A stretch of DNA of 64,000 bases from Candidatus Omnitrophota bacterium (GTDB lineage: Bacteria > Omnitrophota > Omnitrophia > Omnitrophales > Aquincolibacteriaceae), in assembly GCA_043808175.1 (NCBI GenBank), contig JAZDFE010000016.1, forward strand, positions 5,438-69,437, given 5' to 3'. Positions 18,981 to 26,727 of this stretch are shown here, piece after piece. A program made the position numbers and the translations under genes. The first letter of the stretch is position 1; each line of letters begins with the position of its first letter. The notes below the pieces were generated by a model, which saw nothing but the letters and a program-made list of their open reading frames with translations, was not told the DNA's origin and did no database searches.

Positions 18981-19676
18981 TTACGGGGTGGGCTTGCCGG
19001 CTTTCCAGATCCGGACCAGGAATATGCGACGGGGGTCGATGAGCCGGTCGACCAAGAGCTGCGCGTCCCTTTCGAAGAATTGGCCGGCTTCCGGGTCCGC
19101 GAAATCTTTCATTTTTAATTTCAGGGAAGAAAATAAAAAATTGGTCTTGGCCGCGATCGAGAGCCTTCTTACCCGCTCCTCAAAATAGCGGACATTGATC
19201 TCTTTTTCATCGGGCGAATCGGTCTTCTCGAAGACCATGATGAAAAAGGCTTCGCGGAAAGGTCCTATCTTTTCCCAGTAAAGGGTCTGGCCGGGTTTCT
19301 CGAAATAAACGGAGGAGGGCATGCTCAAATAGCGGGAGCCGTCCGGCTCGTGCAAGATCTTATAAAGCGTCACGCGCATCCCCGGCAAAGGCGCCGCCGG
19401 TTCGATCCCGAGCTCGTCTCCTTCGCGCGCTCCAAGGGCGTAGACCTGAATGAGTTCGTCGTGACGCTTCCGGTTGTTCCTTTGGACCAAGAGTCGCAAA
19501 GGCCGCGTCCCGAAACCCGACAAGTCCTGGACTGTCAATTGGGCGGGCTGGCCGTTCAAAGAAAACTTGGGAAGCTGCGGCACGTCTTCCGCCGCCGCGA
19601 GAGGGCGCTGGAAAATGCCGGCGAGAAGAAAAAGCCCCGCCGCCGCGACGATCTGAATACGCTTTGCTTGATTCAT
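18981..19676 (-). CDS. Secreted hypothetical protein
   Basis: 231 aa with signal peptide MNQAKRIQIVAAAGLFLLAGIFQRPLAAA. No family recognised. Confidence 0.5.
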   Translation of the reverse strand: MNQAKRIQIVAAAGLFLLAGIFQRPLAAAEDVPQLPKFSLNGQPAQLTVQDLSGFGTRPLRLLVQRNNRKRHDELIQVYALGAREGDELGIEPAAPLPGMRVTLYKILHEPDGSRYLSMPSSVYFEKPGQTLYWEKIGPFREAFFIMVFEKTDSPDEKEINVRYFEERVRRLSIAAKTNFLFSSLKLKMKDFADPEAGQFFERDAQLLVDRLIDPRRIFLVRIWKAGKPTP

Positions 19677-19838
19677 TTTCTTGTCATCATCCTAAGGCTC
19701 TATTGATATTTTCTGTCCATGGTTTTCCCCCTCTTCCTCTGGGAGAGGGTCGGGTGAGGGAATCATTTTTGATTCGCCCTCCTCATCCTATCCTTCTCCC
19801 GCGGGGAGAAGGTATCCTCCTTATAATTACAGCAGGGC

Positions 19839-20381
19839 TTAAGGGCGGAACTTCGGAATGAAGAACGGCGTCTTCTTTTTATACTCCCGGTAAGCGTCCC
19901 CGAAGCGCTGTTCGAGCTCTTTTTCTTCGACCAGCTTGATCTCGAGGATAAGAAGGGCCACGAGAACAAGCGCCGCGACCCAAGAACACGTTCTGTTGAA
20001 AAACGCGGCCCAACCCGCCAGATAAAGAAAAAAGCCGAGCATCATGGGATTACGGCAATAGCGGTAAGGACCGGAAGGCAGGAATTCTTTGGTGGGCACG
20101 ATGGGAACCGGGGTGCCCTTCCCCTTCCAAAGCTGCCACAGAACGGCCCAGCTCACCCAAGGGATCCCGGCCACAAAAAAAAGACCGCTTAAAAAAACTG
20201 CGGCCCTGTCCGAAAAGACAGCTTCCTTCCCCCCCAACCCAAAAGCCCAGACAAGCGCCGGCCAACCCGCGAGAAAAAGCGTCGCGCCAAGCGCCGCGGC
20301 GACGGTCCGGTAACCCGCGGAATATTCCTTGCCCGCTCTCGCCACCAAGTACTTGATCAGTTTGTCGAACATGATCTGCAC
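19839..20381 (-). CDS. Isoprenylcysteine carboxyl methyltransferase (ICMT)/phospholipid methyltransferase-family membrane protein
   Basis: Multi-TM protein with the C-terminal family block GPYRYCRNPMMLGFFLYLAGWA...EEKELEQRFGDAYREYKKKTPFFIP. Confidence 0.7.
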   Translation of the reverse strand: MQIMFDKLIKYLVARAGKEYSAGYRTVAAALGATLFLAGWPALVWAFGLGGKEAVFSDRAAVFLSGLFFVAGIPWVSWAVLWQLWKGKGTPVPIVPTKEFLPSGPYRYCRNPMMLGFFLYLAGWAAFFNRTCSWVAALVLVALLILEIKLVEEKELEQRFGDAYREYKKKTPFFIPKFRP

Positions 20382-20394
20382 CTCCTGATTTTCT

Positions 20395-20589
20395 TTACTT
20401 CTTTTTCCAATGCTTACAGCCTTTTTCCACCAAGGCCGGGGGAATGTCCTTGTTCGCGCCCTTTCCGTGGGCTTCGAACCAGGTGCAAATGCCCAGAAAA
20501 GTATTTTCGAAATCCCTCCGAAAGCCGCAGTCCCAACACCTATTAATTTCCACTGGGTGGAAATCGGGGCAGTCCAAGTCGCCGTTCAT
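20395..20589 (-). CDS. Small Cys-rich hypothetical protein
   Basis: MNGDLDCPDFHPVEINRCWDCGF...GICTWFEAHGK...KGCKHWKKK. The longer ORF-track N-terminus is repeat-encoded. Confidence 0.35.
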   Translation of the reverse strand: MNGDLDCPDFHPVEINRCWDCGFRRDFENTFLGICTWFEAHGKGANKDIPPALVEKGCKHWKKK

Positions 20590-20653
20590 AAAAAGAAATA
20601 AAGACTTGGACAGTCCCAATACCTGTTAATTGAAGCGAAGCTGAAATTGGGGC
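20574..20653. repeat. Mosaic repeat: CCAAGTC..GACTTGG hairpin module followed by an F3 (CCCAAT) hairpin
   Basis: ccaagtc(20574-80)...gacttgg(20603-09), then gtcccaatacctgttaattgaagcgaagctgaaattggggc (20613-53). Confidence 0.7.
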
Positions 20654-20767
20654 TGCCCTGGCTACCATTTGGGAAAAGAAAATAAAAGCCAGGGCTGTTC
20701 CAGCAGGCGGTCCCCGAGGCTTTTGGCGAACTATTCATTTCAACTCCTTCATGTTCAGATGCATTCC

Positions 20768-21053
20768 CAGCCAGCGATCCCGGTGCGCTTCGTCAACGCT
20801 CAGATCGCCCCAGCGAGGCGATCCTCGCTCGCGCGCTCGACTTCATTCGGCAGGCAGGAATCGTAACGAGACAGCTTTCGGAGCTGATGGGAGCTTGGTT
20901 CCGTTCATTCGTGAACGGATCCCATCAGCGAGAGCGCAGGCTGGCACTCGCCGCGGGAGCGAGTGAACAGCCGGTGTCGAGAAACGATTCCTGCCTGCCA
21001 CCGTGCCCATTCCGTCTCGCGAGCGTGCCTCATCGCACCGGGATCGCTGGCTG
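20768..21053 (+). repeat. F4-C: ~285-nt long-hairpin element, inverted copy of F4-B
   Basis: The closing stem CAGCCAGCGATCCCGGTGCG / CGCACCGGGATCGCTGGCTG pairs at 20 of 20 positions and differs in sequence from the F4-B stem, while the core is conserved. Confidence 0.85.
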
Positions 21054-21209
21054 CCTCCGCCCCAGTCCTGTCGCACTGAACAGCCCATAAAAATTTATAG
21101 GAAGTTTAGTGCAGCACTTGCTTTCAATAAAATTTTGCATGAAAAGCAAGTGCGCCACCATGCCCGCTCAACCTCCGGAGCGTGTTTCAGGATCCGCAGG
21201 AAATTCTGC
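21054..21209. repeat. Right arm of an F4-A-like element, interrupted by an F2 element
   Basis: cctccgccccagtcctgtcgc[F2 insert]caccatgcccgctcaacctccggagcgtgtttcaggatccgcaggaaattctgc matches 14955-15026 of F4-A once the insert is removed. Confidence 0.75.
21073..21153 (+). repeat. F2 two-hairpin element (nested insertion)
   Basis: HP1 is gcactgaac..gtttagtgc. HP2 is gcacttgctttc..gaaaagcaagtgc, whose stem sequence differs from the other copies but remains complementary. Confidence 0.8.
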
Positions 21210-21217
21210 TCGCGTGT

Positions 21218-21976
21218 TTATTGTGCCTCATTTAAAAATGCATCAAAACAAGGCGGGATCGCCGAGGTGAATTTGACGGGTTCTCCGGTCACGGGATGGC
21301 AAAATGCCAACTGCGACGCGTGCAAAAGAAGGCGCTCGGTCTTCACGACAGGCCGCATTTCCTCCCGCCATCCCTCGTGAATGTACCGCTCAAAGATCCT
21401 CGGATCGATGTAGATCTTGTCGCCCACGATGGGGTGCCCCAGAAAGGAAAGATGCGCCCGGATCTGATGGGTGCGGCCTGTCCGCGGCATCACCTTGAGA
21501 AGAGAATATTCTCCCGCGCTGCTTAAAACCTGATAATCCGTTCGGGCTTTCTCGCCTTCGGGGTCGGACGTACGGATATGCTGGCTGTTCTCCGTCTTGC
21601 TCCCGAGAGACATCGAGATCGTTCCTTCTTGCGCTTGGGGCGTTCCGAATACCACCGCGTGATATTCCTTCGCCACCTCTCTCTTCTCAAAAAGGATCCC
21701 GAGCCTCCCCGCCGCTTGAGTCGATCTCGCGACAAGCACGATCCCGCTTGTCTCCGAATCAAGCCGGTTCACGATCCTGAGACCTTCCGGACCCGGGCCC
21801 ATGTCCCGGATCAAAAGACTGAGCAGGTTTTTTTCTTTGAAGCGGCCCACCGCGTGGACCGGAAGCGGTGCCGGTTTATCCACCACGAGAAAGAACTCAT
21901 CCTCCCAGAGGACCTTGTACCCCGTCTCCACATAAAGATCTTCTTCGGTGCGCATGAATTCCTTTTTTATCTGCAA
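21218..21976 (-). CDS. RluA-family pseudouridine synthase
   Basis: Has the catalytic-Asp motif VNRLDSETSGIVLVA and the HQIRAHLSFLGHPIVGD motif. Confidence 0.9.
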   Translation of the reverse strand: MQIKKEFMRTEEDLYVETGYKVLWEDEFFLVVDKPAPLPVHAVGRFKEKNLLSLLIRDMGPGPEGLRIVNRLDSETSGIVLVARSTQAAGRLGILFEKREVAKEYHAVVFGTPQAQEGTISMSLGSKTENSQHIRTSDPEGEKARTDYQVLSSAGEYSLLKVMPRTGRTHQIRAHLSFLGHPIVGDKIYIDPRIFERYIHEGWREEMRPVVKTERLLLHASQLAFCHPVTGEPVKFTSAIPPCFDAFLNEAQ

Positions 21977-21991
21977 CGCGGCCCGCCGTCT

Positions 21992-22681
21992 TTAATCCCG
22001 CTTTTCATAATACTTATTCAAGGCCGGAAAATGCTTCGCCGAAACCGAAAGAATGGTCTTGCACCAATTCGACGGAAGCTTTGCCAAAATGACCTTGGCC
22101 CGCTCTTTTTCTTTCGTATCCTTGAAAAGAAACTCGAGGACTCCGATCGCTGTAGCGAGGTCTTTCTCCCGCTTGTCTTTTTTGGTTCTTCTCGAACTGA
22201 CGATCAACTTATGAAGCGCAAAAACGACCGGCTCCGGGACCCGGACCGCAAGATCATGATACCTGATCGTTATCACGTGTGAAGAAAGAAAGTTGAGATA
22301 GCGAATCCCCTGGGCCTTCACATGAAGTCCGGGGATCGCGACCGGCTCTGAGGATCCTCTCCCGATCTCGGGCACCAAGAATTCCAACCGGAGTTCCGGA
22401 TGATCATAAACCGCAAGCCCGTTCATTTCGTGAAAGGTCGGGGCGAATCCGAGTTCCTCAAGGATCGCCGGAACATCGGTCACCTTCTCAAAGCGGAATG
22501 GACGCGGCACGAGAAAATCCACATCCGTCGTACGGAGCGCGGGAAGATCTTTCAGCGCCAAACCGTGACGATAAAAATAAAGGCACCAGCTGCCGATCAG
22601 AACCAGTCTATCGAGGATCCCCGCCGACTGGAATCGCCTCAGGACCTGAAGAATGATCTCAAACTGACCGGACTCAGTCAC
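21992..22681 (-). CDS. Nucleotidyltransferase-fold toxin-like protein (AbiEii-type / GSU2403-like, by recollection)
   Basis: ...ILDRLVLIGSWCLYFYRH...LRTTDVDFLVPRP... I start it at the GTG at 22679-22681, which overlaps the upstream gene's stop (cGTGACTGA). Confidence 0.55.
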   Translation of the reverse strand: MTESGQFEIILQVLRRFQSAGILDRLVLIGSWCLYFYRHGLALKDLPALRTTDVDFLVPRPFRFEKVTDVPAILEELGFAPTFHEMNGLAVYDHPELRLEFLVPEIGRGSSEPVAIPGLHVKAQGIRYLNFLSSHVITIRYHDLAVRVPEPVVFALHKLIVSSRRTKKDKREKDLATAIGVLEFLFKDTKEKERAKVILAKLPSNWCKTILSVSAKHFPALNKYYEKRD

Positions 22682-22979
22682 GGACCATTCTCCGCACCTC
22701 GCGCAGGTTCTCTCTGACCTCGCGGAGCTTCCCCTCATACCGGCGCCGGAGCTCGATCTTTTGCTTGACCCCCTTCAGCTCCTCCGGCTTAAGGTCCCCG
22801 AGATATTCATACACCACACGCTCTCCCTTCCGGAAAGCGCGATAAGCGTAGTCCCGTTCTTTGATCCGCTTGAGCTGGATACTGCCCTTGGGCAGTTTGG
22901 CGATCTCGCGCTCATAACTCCCCCCCGCCTCTTTCAAGCGCGCCTCTTCTTCTTTCAGGATCCCTCTCAGAACTTTCAT
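22674..22979 (-). CDS. Small charged protein, putative cognate antitoxin
   Basis: MKVLRGILKEEEARLKEAGGSYEREIAKLPKGSIQLKRIKERDYAYRAFRKG... It is translationally coupled to the nucleotidyltransferase gene. Confidence 0.45.
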   Translation of the reverse strand: MKVLRGILKEEEARLKEAGGSYEREIAKLPKGSIQLKRIKERDYAYRAFRKGERVVYEYLGDLKPEELKGVKQKIELRRRYEGKLREVRENLREVRRMVRD

Positions 22980-23135
22980 AAACCCTCCGTTAACCAACAA
23001 TTCTACAAAATATATAACATGTTAGGTAATCGCTGTCAAGGTAATACCCAACAAAATACGCAAGGATCAAATCTGTTGGTTAACCCAAGAGGCGCGACGG
23101 AAGAGACTTTTTCAGTCTATGGCTTGCGGTTGACT

Positions 23136-23897
23136 TTACTTTCCAAGATGCCCGAGAGTTTTCACCAGCGGCGCGCTGGAGATCTTCATCGCCCCCGCAA
23201 GCGGTCTTTCCATCTCCAGGATCAGAAAGATGGCTCCGGCCACCGAGATCGCGCAGACAAGGAAAACGGCGATCACGGTCCCGTTGCGCGGGGCCAAAAG
23301 CCCGAAACAGGCAAAGAGAATGGTCGACCAGAATAAAAGCATTCCCAGGAACATCGGCGGAAGCGAAGTTTGAATTTGTTCAAAGAGCAGCCACCGGAGC
23401 TCCGCAAGATCGTCGCTCAGCTGAATGGCATGCGCCTGAAAAGAGCGCTGGAGATCACTTTGGGGAGCCAGGTTCCGGATCTTCACCTGGATCTCTTCCA
23501 TATCAACGACTTTTCCGGTAGAGGTCGCGGCCGGGAGCTTGCGGGCCGCTTCAGGCCAAACTCTTGAGATCCTGGCGCGAAGAAAACGCTGCAAGAAGCC
23601 GCGGATCTCCTTGGCCTCGGGGCCATAGTTCGCCAGAACGCGGTCCAGCTGAAGGATCTTCGCGCCGCTCTGCGTGAGCATCGTATCCGTCGCGTCAAAA
23701 GAGCCTTTGGAAGTGCTGATCAGGAGGCCCAACACCAGGGCCGTCAGCGTCGCCACCAGCCCGGCGCCCAATTTGACCGCCTCCTTGGCATCACCGCTCA
23801 GATGGTGCCCCGGCAGTACCGTCCGGATCGCAAGCCCCAAAAGCGACCCGCCGAACACGCAAACAAAAATGACCACGCTGATCCAGATCGAATTCAT
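23136..23897 (-). CDS. DUF4239-like membrane protein
   Basis: N-terminal TM helices followed by GLVATLTALVLGLLISTSKGSFD, and two C-terminal TM helices. The family call is by recollection. Confidence 0.5.
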   Translation of the reverse strand: MNSIWISVVIFVCVFGGSLLGLAIRTVLPGHHLSGDAKEAVKLGAGLVATLTALVLGLLISTSKGSFDATDTMLTQSGAKILQLDRVLANYGPEAKEIRGFLQRFLRARISRVWPEAARKLPAATSTGKVVDMEEIQVKIRNLAPQSDLQRSFQAHAIQLSDDLAELRWLLFEQIQTSLPPMFLGMLLFWSTILFACFGLLAPRNGTVIAVFLVCAISVAGAIFLILEMERPLAGAMKISSAPLVKTLGHLGK

Positions 23898-23970
23898 GGT
23901 TTTTCCTCCGCTCTTTGGGGGTCTTTGAAAGATCGAAAGGCGCGCTCACAAACGCACCCTTCCCAGGGCA

Positions 23971-24324
23971 TCATTTCTGAAGATCTTTATCATCCATGTG
24001 GAACTTATGAAGCATTCTATGCAAAAGGGGCGAGAAGACCACCCCCATCACGGCAATAAAGACGAGCCCGCTAAAAAGCGCGTAGGCCGACGCGAACACT
24101 TTGCCGCCCGTGCTCGTCAGCAGATCGACCGGACCCATGCCCCCCAGGATCATCGACGCGTTCAGGAGCGAATCGATCCAGGTGAGACCGGCAATCCAGT
24201 GATATCCGGCAATACCGATGAACAGAGCGGCCAGGATGAGTAAAAGCGCCGTCCCAAAACACAGGGCCAGTCTTTTCAGGAAAACCGGAGCCGGCGCTAC
24301 CTTTTGATGTCTCCGTTCGAACAT
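23971..24324 (-). CDS. Small membrane protein (ion-channel-like two-TM plus re-entrant segment)
   Basis: 117 aa. Pattern TM - SLLNASMILGGMGPVD - TM. The function is not supported beyond topology. Confidence 0.4.
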   Translation of the reverse strand: MFERRHQKVAPAPVFLKRLALCFGTALLLILAALFIGIAGYHWIAGLTWIDSLLNASMILGGMGPVDLLTSTGGKVFASAYALFSGLVFIAVMGVVFSPLLHRMLHKFHMDDKDLQK

Positions 24325-24385
24325 GGCTTAAACCTCTCCGGTGAGATGGACCGTTTTTTTCAAAATTCTGCGCCCTTCCATTTTT

Positions 24386-24937
24386 TTATTGGGAGAGCTT
24401 GGAAAGCGGCCGCTTCGCCGACTGATAACTCTGGATCTGAACGGCAAGCCCGGCTGCGAACGCGGCAAGACACGCCACCGGACCGGCGCCCTGGAAAAAA
24501 GGGATCGCTTGGACCAAAAGCACGGCCCCCAGCAAGGCCGACAACACGGTCAAGGCCGCGTCCAACAGCCACCAGGCCAAAAGAAACCCCAGAACGCCGC
24601 CCGCGAGGAAAACGATCCCGGTCCCGCTTAGTTCGGACGGCGTCCACCATCCGAAGAGCCACAAGGCGGCATAGCTTCCGGCGATGAAACCCGCGACCGC
24701 CACAAGAACCCGCTGAAAATAAGGCGCGATCAGGGCGCACACCGTGCCGCAGACCGTTCCGACGACGATCGAGGCCAGCCCGGAAGGGGAGGGAAAATAC
24801 TGGGCGACGATCCCGGACCCGTAAAGAAAACCCGCGATCCCGACAAAGAGCCAAAAAAGTTTTCTTCCGAAGAAAAGCAGCATAAGCGCCGCGAACACAC
24901 TGACTGCATTTAGGATCAACAGGACCATGGGCGTCAC
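24386..24937 (-). CDS. Multi-pass membrane protein (DUF4203/TMEM198-like)
   Basis: 183 aa, glycine-rich TM helices, FGRKLFWLFVGIAGFLYG. Confidence 0.45.
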   Translation of the reverse strand: MTPMVLLILNAVSVFAALMLLFFGRKLFWLFVGIAGFLYGSGIVAQYFPSPSGLASIVVGTVCGTVCALIAPYFQRVLVAVAGFIAGSYAALWLFGWWTPSELSGTGIVFLAGGVLGFLLAWWLLDAALTVLSALLGAVLLVQAIPFFQGAGPVACLAAFAAGLAVQIQSYQSAKRPLSKLSQ

Positions 24938-25038
24938 CTCCGTAGCAAAGGTTGTGTTCCGCCGGCTGTTACCGGGCGCTGTTCTGCGGGTTCGCCAGCT
25001 TCTCGAGCTCTTTCATTTCTTATTTTTATATAAGCGCC

Positions 25039-25119
25039 GCACTGAACGACTCATAAAACCTATAGGAAGTTTAGTGCGGCATTCGCTTTCGATAAAATAT
25101 TTTAATGAGAGCCAGTGCC
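25039..25119 (+). repeat. F2 two-hairpin element
   Basis: gcactgaacgactcataaaacctataggaagtttagtgc followed by ggcattcgctttc..gagagccagtgcc. Confidence 0.8.
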
Positions 25120-25182
25120 GGGTCCCGTGGCTCGTGGCGCGTGTCCCCATGTATTTCACGTGGATCGTGGTGCGTGTCCCCT
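25120..25182. repeat. F1 heptamer-type repeat
   Basis: gggtcccgtggctcgtggcgcgtgtccccatgtatttcacgtggatcgtggtgcgtgtcccc. It ends 6 nt before the stop of the 25188 gene. Confidence 0.75.
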
Positions 25183-25187
25183 AAATT

Positions 25188-25388
25188 TCAAGTCTTGGGC
25201 TTGCACACAAAGGCACAGCCGCATTTGTCTTTCACGTCCTTGATAATAAGCATGACGCCCAGGATCGTCAAAGCGATCGCGCCCCAGCTAGGCTGCCACC
25301 AGGCGAGCACGATCACAAGTGCCCCGATCCCCGCCACGCAGTGACAAGCGTTGCCCTTCGTTTCCTGCTTCGTTGTGTCTTCCATCAT
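25188..25388 (-). CDS. Small membrane protein with Cys-rich ends
   Basis: 66 aa: ...GNACHCVAGIGALVIVLAWWQPSWGAIALTILGVMLIIKDVKDKCGCAFVCKP. Confidence 0.4.
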   Translation of the reverse strand: MMEDTTKQETKGNACHCVAGIGALVIVLAWWQPSWGAIALTILGVMLIIKDVKDKCGCAFVCKPKT

Positions 25389-25639
25389 CCCCTCCTTGGT
25401 TGCTTTCCTCGCGGTCCGCTTTCAATTTTTTTCCGGGCGCAATCCATCACACGGTCGTGCCTGCGCTTGGCCAGGATCCGTTTTTTTTCCATTCCATTTT
25501 TGCCGAGCGCAGCGAACCAATCCCCGGTTTTATTGATCGAAGTCTCCCGCTCCTTGAAACAATTCGTCGGATAGGCGGTCGCGGACACCCCGCCGGACAT
25601 CAAAGCGAGGACAAAAAACACGACCACGAATTTACGCAC
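25385..25639 (-). CDS. Small secreted protein (paralog of 18291..18551)
   Basis: MRKFVVVFFVLALMSGGVSATAYPTNCF...TGDWFAALGK... Confidence 0.5.
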   Translation of the reverse strand: MRKFVVVFFVLALMSGGVSATAYPTNCFKERETSINKTGDWFAALGKNGMEKKRILAKRRHDRVMDCARKKIESGPRGKQPRRG

Positions 25640-25671
25640 GGTATTGCCTCTCCGCTCATTGAGATCTACCC

Positions 25672-26720
25672 GAAGGGTGCCGGGTGTACTAGCTCAGTAA
25701 TTCGGTAACTTTTTGGAGCTTATCAAAAGGGGTTTCGTAATTCAACCCCCCGTGTTTTCTGAGATGATTATACTCGAAAAGGAAATGGCCCAGATTTAAT
25801 ATTAAGTCTTCCATAGATTCAAAGCGGTTCGGATAAAAGAATTCCCTTTTAAGGATTTTCCAAAAGGCTTCGATCTTCCCATTGCTTTGCGGATGATAAG
25901 GGGGCGTTAGAATATGTTTAATTCCAAGTTCGTCACAAACTGTTTCAAAGGGATGTTCTCGCTCAAGGGTGCCTTTGAATTCGCCCTCGTTATCCGACAT
26001 GACCGATTCAAACTCGAAATTATAAATTTGTTTAAACCAAGACAAAGCGCGCATCATAAAAAAACTCAAGGTAGTGGCTTTCTTTGCTTTTATGATTTCG
26101 GCATACACAAGCCGCGTACAATCATCACAGATTGCGGCGACATACACATCCCGGAGCTTAAAAGCAACCTTAAGGTCTTTGGGCAGCTTGGATAGATCGA
26201 TATGAGCCAGCTCCCCCGGCGCTTGTTTTTCGTAGCGTTTAATGATATTCTTATCGTGTTCATTAAGCGGATAACGAGTTTTAATCCGGTCCATGGTTGC
26301 TGGCGAAGGGGTTTTGTCCAAACAGTAGGGCTTGAATAGCAACACCAATTCATAGCGGTTGGAACCAAACCGGCGGTAAGCTTTGACAATATTCCGCTCA
26401 ATGTCTTTAGGGGTGCGACGAGATCCAGGTTTTGGCCCTCTTTTTTGGGGAAACAGGGCTTCGGGTTTCTTACCGCCTTCAGTCCACTTGCGGTAATACC
26501 GGAGGATTTCTTTCTTGGAAGTGTGATGGGCTTTATAAATATCTTTGACGAATCTGAAGGCGCGGGGAGAGACCTTATTTTTAACTTTCTCATATTCAAT
26601 TAAAATAGGAATCCAGCGTTTCGTGATAGCTTGTTCAAAATGATCCATAGGTTCTCCTTGGCTAACAACATACTACCAAAGAGTTACCTAATTACTGAGC
26701 ATCTACACCGGGTACCTTTC
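25672..26720 (-). mobile_element. Insertion sequence, IS481-like (single rve/DDE transposase)
   Basis: Imperfect terminal inverted repeats: gaagggtgccgggtgtactagctcagtaattcggtaac (left) versus the reverse complement of gttacctaattactgagcatctacaccgggtacctttc (right). The element is about 1.05 kb and has lower GC than its surroundings. Confidence 0.8.
25689..26648 (-). CDS. IS481-family transposase (HTH + integrase-core DDE domain)
   Basis: 319 aa. DDE candidates are in AHIDLSKL, VMSDNEGEF and HPQSNGKIEAFWK. Confidence 0.85.
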   Translation of the reverse strand: MDHFEQAITKRWIPILIEYEKVKNKVSPRAFRFVKDIYKAHHTSKKEILRYYRKWTEGGKKPEALFPQKRGPKPGSRRTPKDIERNIVKAYRRFGSNRYELVLLFKPYCLDKTPSPATMDRIKTRYPLNEHDKNIIKRYEKQAPGELAHIDLSKLPKDLKVAFKLRDVYVAAICDDCTRLVYAEIIKAKKATTLSFFMMRALSWFKQIYNFEFESVMSDNEGEFKGTLEREHPFETVCDELGIKHILTPPYHPQSNGKIEAFWKILKREFFYPNRFESMEDLILNLGHFLFEYNHLRKHGGLNYETPFDKLQKVTELLS

Positions 26721-26727
26721 TATTATT

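Noticed and set aside
18632-21090. Short ORFs 18632..18817, 18638..18835, 20843..21088 and 20887..21090 with shared peptides
   Set aside because: The shared peptides arise because the ORFs lie inside the inverted F4-B/F4-C repeats. Open frames exist on both strands and there is no coding signature.
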